Below, in pieces: positions 1 through 10,321 of a stretch of 64,000 nucleotides of DNA. The translations under genes and the position numbers were made by a program. Positions within the stretch are counted from its first letter, which is position 1. Every line of letters begins with the position of its first letter. Source of the stretch: Candidatus Woesearchaeota archaeon (lineage in GTDB: Archaea > Nanobdellota > Nanobdellia > UBA10117 > JABICX01); contig JABICX010000010.1 of the NCBI GenBank assembly GCA_018652045.1, positions 68,451 to 132,450 on the forward strand. The letters are read 5' to 3'. The notes under the pieces were generated by a model. It was not told the origin of the DNA and did no database searches. It was given only the letters and a program-made list of their open reading frames with translations.

Positions 1-1365
1 GACGTTGTTTAACTTACTGTATTTGAAGTAGGGTTTGTATGCGTTGTATGTGCCCGTAACGTTAAGTTTCTCAAGGTCTGTATGATTTAATATCGAACGC
101 AGACGTGCATATAGTTCGGAGTCGGAAAGTTTCTCATTACTTATTAGGTGTTGTAATCTATCTCTAACATGTTTATCTCTGATAAAGTTAAGTGGAAGTT
201 TAATAGCAGACCTTGCAAACGCGGGAAGTGATCGCTGTAATCTTAATGTATTGAATTGCGTGTGCCAGTCATATCCACCAAAGAGTTCATCACCACCATC
301 ACCACCTAAACAAACTTTAACGTGCTTTCTAGCAATCTTTGATACAAAGTATGTAGGTAACATCGAGTAGTCTGCTAAAGGATCGTCATAATAATATGCG
401 AGTTCTGGAATAAGTTTCTGAACATCTTTCGCTGAAAAGTACTTTTCATGATGATCCGTTCCAAACTTATCTGAGACTTTTTTTGCATAAGGTGCTTCAT
501 TAAATTCATCATGATCAAAACCAATGGAAAACGTCTTTAGATTATCTTTATGTTTTTTAATCATCGCAACAATCGCGCTGCTATCGATACCGCCTGATAG
601 AAATGCACCTACAGGAACATCTGCAACCAACCGTTTCTTAGTAGCTTCTTCCAGTAACTCTTTGATATTAGTTGTGTAATAATTAGGTGAGTGTGTTTCT
701 GTTTGTCTAAAGTCGACATCCCAGTATCGTTTAATGACTAATCGTTTACTAAACGTTAGGTGAAAACCTGGCTGAAGTTTATAGATGTTTTTTAGAATGG
801 TTTGTTTTGTCGGAGTAAAACCATATGTAAGATAATGATTAAGTGAATGCCGATCTACATTACGTGCAACGGCAGGGTCTTGTAAGATTGCTTTAAGTTC
901 ACTAGCAAAGATGAATTTAGTATCGTCCCAATAATAATAAAGTGGTTTTATACCAAGACGATCTCTCGCTAAGAAAAGTACTTTCTGTTTTGAATTCCAT
1001 ATAGCAAATGCAAATTGCCCATTAAACTTTTTTACACAATCATTACCATATTCTTCATAAGCATGAATAATAACTTCAGCATCAGTGTCTGAGTTAAATC
1101 GGTGTCCATTTTTTATTAGAGCTGAACGTAACTCTTTGAAGTTGTATATCTCACCATTAAACGTAAGCCAGATAGTACCGTCTTCATTACACATGGGTTC
1201 ATTACCTTTATCACTGAGATCGATAATGCTTAGACGTCGATGACCTATACTGACCTTTTTATCGGTGTATAAACCAAAAGTATCTGGACCACGATGTTCA
1301 AGTGCGGAAGTCATCTGTCTAAGTAGTTTTTTATCTTCCCAGTTAAATCCGCATATTCCACACAT
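1..1365 (-). CDS. asnB: asparagine synthase (glutamine-hydrolysing), AsnB-like; C-terminal part runs off the window
   Basis: Not in the ORF track because there is no stop in the window. My own translation of the - strand from ATG 1365-1363 gives MCGICGFNWEDKKLLRQMTSALEHRGPD (Ntn Cys2 amidotransferase start). Further on it gives DVPVGAFLSGGIDSS (PP-loop SGGxDS). Confidence 0.85.
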   Translation of the reverse strand, partial: MCGICGFNWEDKKLLRQMTSALEHRGPDTFGLYTDKKVSIGHRRLSIIDLSDKGNEPMCNEDGTIWLTFNGEIYNFKELRSALIKNGHRFNSDTDAEVIIHAYEEYGNDCVKKFNGQFAFAIWNSKQKVLFLARDRLGIKPLYYYWDDTKFIFASELKAILQDPAVARNVDRHSLNHYLTYGFTPTKQTILKNIYKLQPGFHLTFSKRLVIKRYWDVDFRQTETHSPNYYTTNIKELLEEATKKRLVADVPVGAFLSGGIDSSAIVAMIKKHKDNLKTFSIGFDHDEFNEAPYAKKVSDKFGTDHHEKYFSAKDVQKLIPELAYYYDDPLADYSMLPTYFVSKIARKHVKVCLGGDGGDELFGGYDWHTQFNTLRLQRSLPAFARSAIKLPLNFIRDKHVRDRLQHLISNEKLSDSELYARLRSILNHTDLEKLNVTGTYNAYKPYFKYSKLNNV

Positions 1366-1369
1366 AGTA

Positions 1370-2422
1370 TTACCTAATTACTGATTTGTCATAGAGGTGT
1401 TTCGGGTTTTTATTGAACTTGTTATTCTTTACACCTCTAAATGTTATTGCCCAATCTGGAGCAAGGTATGTTCTGACAAATTGTATGTTTCGTATCCATT
1501 CTTTCTTCTCCCAACGCAAGTCTTCATTAATATATATGCCCATATCTTTGCACCAAGAATATATCTCAGGATAGGTATGGTGTGTTGCGATCGGCGCACT
1601 ATACCAATCATACATTATCGAGACGTTTGGTTCCCATCTAAAGAACAGGTTACCGAACTTTTCAATATACTTACCTGCATGTTCACAACTTACTGCAAGG
1701 AACTTTGATAATTTGATTAATTCAGGTATCGACATTTTAGTTGTAAACTTACGTAAGAACCAATCATTAAACTCCCAAAGTACGTTACTTTTGTGATAGC
1801 AGGTAATTGAGACGTGCTTGTTCTGCTTCAAGGGTTTTAGAATACAACTAAGCGCTCGTTTTGCATCACCAGTGTGATGAATTACGCCGATTGAAAATGC
1901 ATAATCAAATACGCTTTCTTTGAACGGAAGGTTGAATATATCTGCCTGTATGATATGGACCTTTCCGAGATGTTTTGTGTTTTTATACGCAGATTCTACT
2001 CCCGGACCTAGATCGAAACCAAATACTTCCGCACCACATTTACGTGCTTGGTAGGTGTATCGACCATTACCACAACCAGCATCTAAGACAAGCTTACCTT
2101 TAAGTTCTTTAGACCTAAGCAATGTTTTTTCATGAAAGATCTTCTTTTCAAAAGTTTCATTATAGACTTTATCTTCGAAACCATGTCGATTAAAGTGGGT
2201 CCATTCATAACCAAAGAACTTTACAGTTTCTTCTTTAAGTTCTCGTAGACTTTCTTCAGGTAAGAATCGCGGTATGTAGTTTATGATTTTGTATTGAATC
2301 TTACATTTTGGGCAGGTTAGCGTACCCACCTTAACGCCATCTTTATCTTGGCTAACGATTTTTAATCTGAAGTCAACACCACAACGTTTGCATTCGATAA
2401 AATCTAAGAGTCTTTTTCTCAT
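1370..2422 (-). CDS. class I SAM-dependent methyltransferase with N-terminal CxxC...CxxC zinc-ribbon (Trm112-like) module
   Basis: 350 aa ORF. N-terminus has CKRCG...CPKC. Motif I is VLDAGCGNGRY. It lies 4 nt from the asnB start on the same strand. Confidence 0.7.
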   Translation of the reverse strand: MRKRLLDFIECKRCGVDFRLKIVSQDKDGVKVGTLTCPKCKIQYKIINYIPRFLPEESLRELKEETVKFFGYEWTHFNRHGFEDKVYNETFEKKIFHEKTLLRSKELKGKLVLDAGCGNGRYTYQARKCGAEVFGFDLGPGVESAYKNTKHLGKVHIIQADIFNLPFKESVFDYAFSIGVIHHTGDAKRALSCILKPLKQNKHVSITCYHKSNVLWEFNDWFLRKFTTKMSIPELIKLSKFLAVSCEHAGKYIEKFGNLFFRWEPNVSIMYDWYSAPIATHHTYPEIYSWCKDMGIYINEDLRWEKKEWIRNIQFVRTYLAPDWAITFRGVKNNKFNKNPKHLYDKSVIR

Positions 2423-2454
2423 GAGGATGAGCTCCTTTTTTAATTTATAAGTAT

Positions 2455-3651
2455 TTATGCAATCAAACCTAACAGCTTATTTTCAACATAATCTGCCAGG
2501 TGCGCTAGACGCCGTTCCGCGTTAACAAAAGTTTTACCTCTTTTTCCCATCGCAGTCCGCTGCCTTTTACTTCTAAGCAACTGATCAATGGCGTCGGAGA
2601 AAGAATCAACATCATGGTTTACACAGAGACCACACTTAGTTTTGTTGACGATCTTTCTTTGTTCGTCATTAAAGTTGTTACATACAACGGGAAGACTTGC
2701 ATTCATGTAATCTACAAGTTTGAGGAGCGAGTTCATCTTAAAGATAAAGACAGGTGGTAGATATGTTAACCCAATATCTGCTGCAGTAAGATAGTTTTGC
2801 ACCTGCTTTCGAGGAACTCTGCCAGTGAATACGACATTGTCCTTAATACCTAACTTACGAACGTACTTCTTGTAGTCAACAATGTCTTGCCTATTTAGGC
2901 CTGCGCCAACAACCATAAGTTTGAGATCTGGATGCTTTTGAGTTAGTTTGGATACAACATCAAACATAAAGTACGGATTTCTACTTTTGATTAAGGTTCC
3001 TAGATAGACGAGCGTCTTTCCGGTTAGGTTATACTTCTTTTGTATCTGCTTTACAGCGAGTTTGTTTGGCTTAAGATTTGTATCTGCACCCGACGGAAGT
3101 GAGAATGTTTTTGATGATCGTAATTTAGTTTTAACTAAGTAGTTTCTCATTGTATCACTCATGGCGAAAACTAGGTCAGCTTTTTTGAGAACGTGGTTAC
3201 GAAGTTTTAGTGATAGTGTACCTGCAATATAGTTTGTAAGTTGGTTCCCATATAATCCTTTTTTAGCGAAGTAGATAGTTTCATCTGATTTAAGATGTGA
3301 GAGTTTGTATACAAAAGGAATGTTGAGTTTGTTAGCAAGGTGCGAGGCGTATAGGCCCATTATTGGATCGTTTCTGACAAAGACAAGGTCAAACTTTTGA
3401 TTTACAAAAGTGTGTGTTAGATTGTGAAGAGTTACTGTGAGATTAAGGTATTCAGAAAGTAGGTTTGGTTTAGTTGGTATGACATAGACTTTGTTTTTGT
3501 TCCAAGTTTTAACGGTTAGTCTATCAACTTGTTCGGATAACATCACCCAGATAATTTCATGACCTTTCTCTTTGAAGATCTTAGTGTAAACTTCTTCTAG
3601 AAAGACATGTTCAGTAGGATACTTTTGATCAACGAGCATAAGTATTTTCAT
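2455..3651 (-). CDS. glycosyltransferase, GT-B fold (GT4-like)
   Basis: The ORF is 2455-3714. The internal start MKILMLVDQ at 3651 is typical of GT4 N-termini and reduces the overlap with the upstream gene. General GT4-like layout; C-terminal motifs are weak. Confidence 0.6.
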   Translation of the reverse strand: MKILMLVDQKYPTEHVFLEEVYTKIFKEKGHEIIWVMLSEQVDRLTVKTWNKNKVYVIPTKPNLLSEYLNLTVTLHNLTHTFVNQKFDLVFVRNDPIMGLYASHLANKLNIPFVYKLSHLKSDETIYFAKKGLYGNQLTNYIAGTLSLKLRNHVLKKADLVFAMSDTMRNYLVKTKLRSSKTFSLPSGADTNLKPNKLAVKQIQKKYNLTGKTLVYLGTLIKSRNPYFMFDVVSKLTQKHPDLKLMVVGAGLNRQDIVDYKKYVRKLGIKDNVVFTGRVPRKQVQNYLTAADIGLTYLPPVFIFKMNSLLKLVDYMNASLPVVCNNFNDEQRKIVNKTKCGLCVNHDVDSFSDAIDQLLRSKRQRTAMGKRGKTFVNAERRLAHLADYVENKLLGLIA

Positions 3652-4741
3652 AAGTAGTTGTAACCTTTTTCCAATCAAACTTTTTGATTTGTTTTTTAAT
3701 CTTTTGTGGATCAAACTTCTTTGTTAATGCTTCAGAAAGCGCTTTGATATAATCCCCATCGTGTTTTACAAGTATCCCCACGTCTTTTGTGACCAAGTCA
3801 ATCGTGCCGTTTTCTTTTGTAGCTACAATCGGTTTACCACATGCCATGGCTTCCATAACTGTTCCAGGTAGACCTTCTCCAAGTGATGGTAAGAAGAATA
3901 CATCACATGCGGAATAAAGATCAATAACATCTTTTCGTTTACCTAAAAAGATAGCATTCGCAAGGTTTGTCGCAGAAGTTTCTAGTTTGTTACGTAGATA
4001 TCCATCTCCTACAATCAAGAAAGTAACCTTTGGCAACGCTTTAGCTGCCTGTAGAACGATGTCTGCGCGCTTTCGTTCAGTTAACATACCAACAAATAAA
4101 GCAACTTCAGTGTTCGCTTTAATCTTAAACTCCTTGCGGATTCTTTGGCGTCCTTTTTGTGAGTGTTTGATCGCATCTAGATGAATCCCTGTATGTATGA
4201 CTTTGAACTTTTTTCGTAGGAACGTAGGAAACTCCTTTCGAATGTGTTGTGTATATGTTGTGCAAGTATCTGGCAGGTTAAAGATAACTCTACCTAGTGT
4301 GTGAATGTATATCTTAAAGAAAGTTGTAACTCCACGTTCTGGTGGGAAATAGTTGTATCCAACAATCCCATCAGTTGTAAGAACTAGTTTGCATTTCTTG
4401 TTTATGAAGGGTCGTAAGATCAAAGGCAGAAGTGGATATGGATAGTAGTATTCCCATATGTGTAATACGTTGTTTTCTTGCAGTGCGCGTACAGTTTTCT
4501 TTATCAGATCAAATGGATCCGGAAAGGCGAACCTAAAGCGCAGCCAGTATCTTGATCGAATCGGAAGAAGTTGAATGTTCTTATGTTTAAGTTTCTGATT
4601 AAAGTGGAACTTTGTATCTATGTTTCCTTTACTTGGGAAGAGAATCGATACTTTATGACCTTTTTCAGCATATATTCTTGCTAACTCCACAATCGGCCGT
4701 CTAAAAACAAGCGTGGGGTTTACAAAGCATATGTTTTGCAT
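3629..4741 (-). CDS. glycosyltransferase family 4
   Basis: C-terminal EGLPGTVMEAMACGKPIVAT motif (the GT4 E-x7-E region). The likely start is MQNICFVNP at 4741; the track start at 4765 is a GTG. Confidence 0.75.
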   Translation of the reverse strand: MQNICFVNPTLVFRRPIVELARIYAEKGHKVSILFPSKGNIDTKFHFNQKLKHKNIQLLPIRSRYWLRFRFAFPDPFDLIKKTVRALQENNVLHIWEYYYPYPLLPLILRPFINKKCKLVLTTDGIVGYNYFPPERGVTTFFKIYIHTLGRVIFNLPDTCTTYTQHIRKEFPTFLRKKFKVIHTGIHLDAIKHSQKGRQRIRKEFKIKANTEVALFVGMLTERKRADIVLQAAKALPKVTFLIVGDGYLRNKLETSATNLANAIFLGKRKDVIDLYSACDVFFLPSLGEGLPGTVMEAMACGKPIVATKENGTIDLVTKDVGILVKHDGDYIKALSEALTKKFDPQKIKKQIKKFDWKKVTTTYENTYAR

Positions 4742-4787
4742 ATATTCACTGCAAGCTAAAAACACTTAAGAACATTTCTCTATAGGA

Positions 4788-5807
4788 GTGAATATGTTAA
4801 TTCCGACAGTAAAGCCAGTAGCTTCTGTTGCAGATTTGTACGCACGAAAACGTGTTTCGTTATCTAAGTTATTTAGGCAAAACTATTACTGGACAGGTTC
4901 GGGATCTGCTGCGATCTATCTTGCGATAAAGTCTTCAGGCGCCAAGCGAGTTGCAGTACCTGCATTTACCTGTTACATTGTTGTTGATGCTATTCGAAAA
5001 GCAGGTGCAAAACCGATCTTTTACGACAGTGGTATAGTCGCCACGCTTTCAGACGTGAGAAAGGCATTGGTTGAAAAACCAGACTTACTTATCGTAGCAT
5101 ACAACTTCGGACTTGTTCCAGATAGTGATAAGCAGATACTTGCAGTGTGTAGAAACGCAAAAGTACCTGTACTAGAAGACTGTGCCCATGCATTTGGTTT
5201 TGGTCAGAATGCAGACTTTACAATCTATAGCTCAGGGATCGCTAAGAGTGTTGGTTATTATGGTGGTTTCTTAGTATCAAAGAAACCGTTGGTGTTAGAA
5301 AGACTACCTACGCTTCGATTTGATAAAGAGCTCATGTTTACAATAAAGGTTTTACTCTCACAGATAATGTTGAATCGACACAGCTATAGATTTGCTCAGA
5401 AACTGGTTAAGAAAAGTATTGATAAGTATCCTGAAGCTAAAGTATATGCTATATCTCGCTTTGGAAAACGAGTTGTGTTGAATCAGTTAGTTCGTTTTAA
5501 TCAGATACAAAAGATTCGAAGTTGTAACTTTGATCTTGTAGCCGCAGTAAAGTCTGTTGTTAGAACCAAGAAAAGATCTAATCTTTATCTTGTGTTACAA
5601 ACTAAGAAACGAGAGTGGTTAATTAAGCAATTAAGATTGCGTGGTGTTGAGATTCAACCTGCAAAGAGTTTCTTTAATCTCGGTGGACCAAAGTATACGA
5701 AGGCAACACGTGCAGAAAAAGAGCACCTAGCGTTTTCACTTTATCGCTCAGAAGAAGATATGGGGGTTGTTGCAGATGCAATTAAAGCTGTTGAAAGAAG
5801 ACTGTAA
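4788..5807 (+). CDS. DegT/DnrJ/EryC1-like PLP-dependent sugar aminotransferase (divergent member)
   Basis: 339 aa. Contains AVPAFTCYIVVDAIRKAGAKPIFYD and VLEDCAHAFG, plus SSGIAKS as a candidate PLP-Lys region. Divergently transcribed from the GT genes. Confidence 0.5.
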   Translation: MNMLIPTVKPVASVADLYARKRVSLSKLFRQNYYWTGSGSAAIYLAIKSSGAKRVAVPAFTCYIVVDAIRKAGAKPIFYDSGIVATLSDVRKALVEKPDLLIVAYNFGLVPDSDKQILAVCRNAKVPVLEDCAHAFGFGQNADFTIYSSGIAKSVGYYGGFLVSKKPLVLERLPTLRFDKELMFTIKVLLSQIMLNRHSYRFAQKLVKKSIDKYPEAKVYAISRFGKRVVLNQLVRFNQIQKIRSCNFDLVAAVKSVVRTKKRSNLYLVLQTKKREWLIKQLRLRGVEIQPAKSFFNLGGPKYTKATRAEKEHLAFSLYRSEEDMGVVADAIKAVERRL

Positions 5808-6780
5808 GGAATGGCGAGAGTTCTTGAAAGATACTGAACATCTTATCATACATACACCTGAATGGAAACAGTTTATTGAAGCTACATTTCCCAGAACAAA
5901 AGCAAAGTATTATGCTTTGGAAAGTCAAGGTAAGATTAAGTTTCTTTTTCCAACCTTTCACACATTTGCATCTTTTCTTCCAAATAAATCTGCAGCTTTT
6001 ATTGAGTATGGCGGTCCAATTGGTAAAGCAAATAAGCGTCAGTTTAATCAGATAAAAGAAAGACTCCCCGAGAATATTGAGATTCGTCAAGGACTATGCA
6101 ACGACATACTTCGCAAGAACTTTGTTGAGGTAAAGGCGTTCAAGCGGTTTGTTCTACCACTTAAATCTGAAGATGAGCTCTGGAAACATATACATAAAGC
6201 TAAGCGAAAAGCAGTACGAATGGCGGAGAAGTCAGGGGTTACAGTTAAAGACGTTCCAAAGAAAGACCTACCTGAACTTTACTATATGTATCTTAAGGCC
6301 ATGAAGGTGTTTGGATCTGCACCTTTTTCTAAGAAGTACTTCGAAAATTTTTATACGTACTTTATTGATAAAAATATGGGACGAATGCTCGGTGCGTATT
6401 ACGATGGAAAACTTGTTGCAATACTTTCAGGATATATGATTGGTAAGCGTATACATATTAATATGAATGTTTCAGATACGAAGTACCTGCAGTTTAGACC
6501 AAATGATGCGTTGCACTGGGAGTTTATTCGATGGGGTTGTAGTAAAAAGTACAAAGTATTTGATTTTGGAGCCGCAAGAGTTGGGAGTGGTCAGTTTTCA
6601 TTCAAAAAGAAATGGAAAGCTGAACTTCATGATCTAAGTAACTTTTATTTTAAGAAACCAAAAATCGGACTAGATGTTTCTAGTCCCTTATTTAAAATAC
6701 CAATCGTTATTTGGAAAATGACGCCATTACCTCTCGCAAAGTTAGTTGGTCCGCTTTTGAGAGAGACTGTTCGGATTTAG
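5767..6780 (+). CDS. FemAB-like / Acetyltransf_6 (GNAT-fold) transferase
   Basis: 337 aa. The C-terminal half contains AYYDGKLVAILSGYMIGKRIHINMNVSD...FRPNDALHWEFIRWGCSKKYKVFDFGAA..GSGQFSFKKKWKAE. This resembles the FemAB / BioF2-like acetyltransferase pattern. Confidence 0.55.
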   Translation: MLQMQLKLLKEDCKEWREFLKDTEHLIIHTPEWKQFIEATFPRTKAKYYALESQGKIKFLFPTFHTFASFLPNKSAAFIEYGGPIGKANKRQFNQIKERLPENIEIRQGLCNDILRKNFVEVKAFKRFVLPLKSEDELWKHIHKAKRKAVRMAEKSGVTVKDVPKKDLPELYYMYLKAMKVFGSAPFSKKYFENFYTYFIDKNMGRMLGAYYDGKLVAILSGYMIGKRIHINMNVSDTKYLQFRPNDALHWEFIRWGCSKKYKVFDFGAARVGSGQFSFKKKWKAELHDLSNFYFKKPKIGLDVSSPLFKIPIVIWKMTPLPLAKLVGPLLRETVRI

Positions 6781-7524
6781 TTTGATGTAGTCATTACATG
6801 TAATGAAGTTAAGTTCGTGTTTTTTAGTCATGTTTTCGAAGATCTTCCAAGCTCGTTCTCCACGGTTTCTGTAACTTGCTAACCATACATCTGGTCGAAT
6901 CTTGTTACTTGGAAGCCGATCTAAAAACTCGTGAAGATGCATATAAACCATATAGGGTTGTTTTGATAGACTAGGTGTAAAGAATGGGTGGAAAAGTCGT
7001 GCATAAGATAAACCTGCAGGTATTCTGAACATAGTAAAGTTTGGAATTGGTAACTCTACAAGCCCATTATGTCTTACTACAGGTTTATCGTTAGCTAACT
7101 CATTATATCTTCCAGGAAACCAGCTTGCAATTGTCGAGGAGTTGTAAGTATACTTGTATCGTTTTAGTACGTCAGACAGACCGGCAACACGTATACCTGC
7201 AGGTGCTCGAAATCCTTGTACGTTACATCCTAGTCGGTCTAAAACTTGTTTAGATTTTTTAACTTCTTGTTCAAGTTCATCGAAGCGTATATTGTTAAGA
7301 TGTCTATGCGTATGTGAATGACTTCCAATCTCATGTCCTCGTTTAACTATCTGTTTGATTTGTTTTGGAAACTTCGTAGCAAGATCACTGACAACAAAAA
7401 ACGTTGCTTTAGACCTGTTTTTATCTAATAGGTCTAAGAAACGGGGAAGTACTTTCTTGATGGCGTCAGTGTTGGTAGTATCCCAATCACGTTCTAGGTC
7501 AATAGTTAGTATCACGTTGCGCAT
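6742..7524 (-). CDS. polysaccharide deacetylase (NodB homology domain, CE4)
   Basis: TIDLERDWD and GHEIGSHSHTH metal-binding motifs. 260 aa. Confidence 0.7.
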   Translation of the reverse strand: MRNVILTIDLERDWDTTNTDAIKKVLPRFLDLLDKNRSKATFFVVSDLATKFPKQIKQIVKRGHEIGSHSHTHRHLNNIRFDELEQEVKKSKQVLDRLGCNVQGFRAPAGIRVAGLSDVLKRYKYTYNSSTIASWFPGRYNELANDKPVVRHNGLVELPIPNFTMFRIPAGLSYARLFHPFFTPSLSKQPYMVYMHLHEFLDRLPSNKIRPDVWLASYRNRGERAWKIFENMTKKHELNFITCNDYIKLNPNSLSQKRTN

Positions 7525-7576
7525 AATCTGCTAGATGTGACACAATTTATATAAATTATGAAAGTGCACTACAGTT

Positions 7577-8353
7577 ATGAGAAAGATCCTAACTTTACTA
7601 ATGTTATTATGTGTTATGGGCTACGTTAGTGCACAAACTCCTGAAGCAATAACTGTTCGAGATGTAACTTTTATGGAGACAACTAACTATCAAGGAGATG
7701 TTTTAGTTATGTCGGGGTTAGATTCATATAATTGGGGGAAGCAGTTAGGTTATCTCGGTGTAAAGGGGTATGCTGATAAGCCTACGAAAGTCCCAGGTAC
7801 TCTTGGACTAAGACTTGTACCGCTTAATGATGACGGATCTTTTTGTAAGGTAAATCTACCCTGTTCTTGGGAGGAGCAGAAAGTCACCATTGAAGCAGAC
7901 GATAACCTATATCATGCGTATCTCCCAGCAGGAGATTCATATAACACACCACTTTACTTTTATGTTGCAGTGGGTGGTTCAACCTACTGGGCAAAAAGTG
8001 GACATACAGAAGGTCCGAATTCACATATTGATCTAAGTTTTGAAAAGGCGATTAGTGGTGATCACCTTGCTCGCGCAGATCCAGACCAGTTTTTTGATGA
8101 GATCCCCGCACCTTCACCTGAGCCAGATAGAAAGTTAGTTGTAGAACCAGTTAATCGTTCACAAGATGTACCTGAAGGTAGTTTTTCGATTGATCATAAT
8201 GTTTTACTGACCTTGTTCGTAGTTATTGCAGTAATAGTTTTATTGTTTGTAACTATTCGTAGAAATACTAAACCAGACGTAGACGTATCAACAAAAAAGG
8301 TTTCAGTAAGTAAACGTAGAAGGGTAAATAAGAAAAAGTCCCTGAAGAATTAA
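7577..8353 (+). CDS. secreted, C-terminally membrane-anchored protein of unknown function
   Basis: N-terminal signal peptide MRKILTLLMLLCVMGYVSAQ. C-terminal TM segment LLTLFVVIAVIVLLFVTI followed by a Lys/Arg-rich tail. Confidence 0.55.
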   Translation: MRKILTLLMLLCVMGYVSAQTPEAITVRDVTFMETTNYQGDVLVMSGLDSYNWGKQLGYLGVKGYADKPTKVPGTLGLRLVPLNDDGSFCKVNLPCSWEEQKVTIEADDNLYHAYLPAGDSYNTPLYFYVAVGGSTYWAKSGHTEGPNSHIDLSFEKAISGDHLARADPDQFFDEIPAPSPEPDRKLVVEPVNRSQDVPEGSFSIDHNVLLTLFVVIAVIVLLFVTIRRNTKPDVDVSTKKVSVSKRRRVNKKKSLKN

Positions 8354-8695
8354 TTAGCAGTTGAGATTTTGTGTGAAGTTACTTGTAACTTGTAGATCTT
8401 TTGATTTAAGTGATATAGTATAGTTGTATGGCGCCTGTCCTCCTAGCGAAGTGCAGGTGAGTTTAAACTGACCACCATATATCTGTTCAAAATGTGAGCA
8501 AAGACTGATGTTCCCAATACAGTTCCCGTTTGCTAAAACCATATTTTTTATGTTATCCAGTTCGGTTCTTGAGCTGTCCTCGAACATAATAGCCGAACTT
8601 TCACCAATGGTTAAGAAGTAAGTCATAAGTGTGAACATAGCAATAGCTATTATGACTATACTGATAATGAAGAACTGACCTTTTTTACTTTGCAT
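8354..8695 (-). CDS. pilin-like protein with class III (type IV prepilin-like) signal peptide
   Basis: N-terminus MQSKKG/QFFIISIVIIAIAMF: short basic leader, then Gly, then a hydrophobic helix. Part of the pilus locus. Confidence 0.55.
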   Translation of the reverse strand: MQSKKGQFFIISIVIIAIAMFTLMTYFLTIGESSAIMFEDSSRTELDNIKNMVLANGNCIGNISLCSHFEQIYGGQFKLTCTSLGGQAPYNYTISLKSKDLQVTSNFTQNLNC

Positions 8696-9899
8696 CTTCT
8701 TTAATTAGCATATAACATATGATTGTTGGAATTGCTGCCAGACCTCCTACAAGGAATGATACTTGTATACCATATGTGTCCATGATATAACCTGCAATAA
8801 GTAGTGCTATTACACCACCTGTTGAAGTGACTAAGCTTTTAATTGAGTCAACAGTTGCACGTATCTTTGATGGAATGTGCTTATGTAAAAATGCATCTTT
8901 AACTGGGTATGTCATTGAACGTCCAAACACACCACCATAAAACAACATTATTGCGATTAGTGGGGATGTTACAAATGATATTGTGATGAAAAGGCTCCCA
9001 ATGATTAAATCGTTGAGTATTAATGCAGCTTTATTCGATTTTAGAATGGTAGCAAAGTAGTTACTTGAGCTAGCGCCAATTGCACCAATTATTGCAGCAC
9101 CTGCAAAAAGTATACCAAAATTTTCTAGTGGTATGTTGATCTCTTGGAAGAAGGGTTGCCACACCAGTCCAGCTATTGCGAAGAATGCGCTAAAGAATGC
9201 AGATAGAACTAGTAAGAATAATGTTCTTTGAGCGAAGATAAGGCCAAAACCTTGCCGAGCAAAACCAAACGTGTCTTTCATTGCAGTTCGTATGTTCTCC
9301 GCAGGTTTAATTTTTTCAGGTTCACCAAAGAAAACTATAAAAAATCCTGCACTGATTAGTGCACCACCCTGTACATACCAGAGATAACTCATGTCGAGGT
9401 ATTTTACAATCGCACTTGCAGCAAGCAACGCAAAAAAGTTACCCATTAATCCTATGCTTGCAACTCTACCAAACGCAGGTCGTATTAGTTTACTTCGTTT
9501 CTTTTCCTTAAGAAAGTCAACGAGGTATGCTGCATCAGCACCACTTGAAAACGTGTTGAACGCAGACATACTAAATAGTATTATTATGATGAAGAGAAAC
9601 TTATTTGTCGACGGAATAAGTAGCGATAAAAAACCTCCTGCAAAAAGACCGATTGCAATGGAGATTCTTCTACCAAACTGATCCGCTACAGCACCAGTAG
9701 GTACTTCAAAGATAAGTGGCGCAATTAAGCTGACCGCAACAATAAGTGATACTTGTTGAAAGCTGAATCCTAATTCAGTGAAGTATATTACAATGTATGC
9801 TGCAAATACTCCTGCAAGTGATTCAATAAAGAAGAAGGTGTAGAAACGTTTCAAAAGACTGAATTCCGACTTTAATTCTGATTTCATATGCGCCTCCAT
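8685..9899 (-). CDS. MFS transporter
   Basis: 404 aa, about 12 TM segments. MFS motif A-like GAVADQFGRRISI. Overlaps both flanking pilin-like genes by 11 and 16 nt. Confidence 0.8.
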   Translation of the reverse strand: MEAHMKSELKSEFSLLKRFYTFFFIESLAGVFAAYIVIYFTELGFSFQQVSLIVAVSLIAPLIFEVPTGAVADQFGRRISIAIGLFAGGFLSLLIPSTNKFLFIIIILFSMSAFNTFSSGADAAYLVDFLKEKKRSKLIRPAFGRVASIGLMGNFFALLAASAIVKYLDMSYLWYVQGGALISAGFFIVFFGEPEKIKPAENIRTAMKDTFGFARQGFGLIFAQRTLFLLVLSAFFSAFFAIAGLVWQPFFQEINIPLENFGILFAGAAIIGAIGASSSNYFATILKSNKAALILNDLIIGSLFITISFVTSPLIAIMLFYGGVFGRSMTYPVKDAFLHKHIPSKIRATVDSIKSLVTSTGGVIALLIAGYIMDTYGIQVSFLVGGLAAIPTIICYMLIKEDAK

Positions 9900-10321
9900 A
9901 GATATAGTCTTACTGAACTAACTGATTCGTTGTTATCTATCGTTGTGTAAAATACACTGACAACATTGTTTTGAGTTGTAGCATTTATAGACGAACATTC
10001 TGCGTAACTCGTACTGCTTACAGTGCCAGCAGCAACTGGGAAACATCCCGTATCGTTGTAAAGTTCTAAGTCATATTCAGTAGAGTCATCTAGACTTGCA
10101 TCAATATATGTGTTAATCTCTGTAAAGTTAGATGTGTTGAGTTTTCCATGGTAGTCTAGATTCTTTAGTACGTACCAACCACTTTCTTTTAGATCTTGGT
10201 TTTGCTTGTAGCTGAATACTGTTTGCTCAGATTCTAGATAACCGCTGAGTATGATAAATATGATAATGATCGCTAACGCAAGTTCGATAAAGTATGCATA
10301 TCCTTTCTTACCTATCGCCAA
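9884..10321 (-). CDS. pilin-like protein with class III signal peptide
   Basis: N-terminus MAIGKKG/YAYFIELALAIIIIFIILSG. Confidence 0.55.
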   Translation of the reverse strand: MAIGKKGYAYFIELALAIIIIFIILSGYLESEQTVFSYKQNQDLKESGWYVLKNLDYHGKLNTSNFTEINTYIDASLDDSTEYDLELYNDTGCFPVAAGTVSSTSYAECSSINATTQNNVVSVFYTTIDNNESVSSVRLYLWRRI

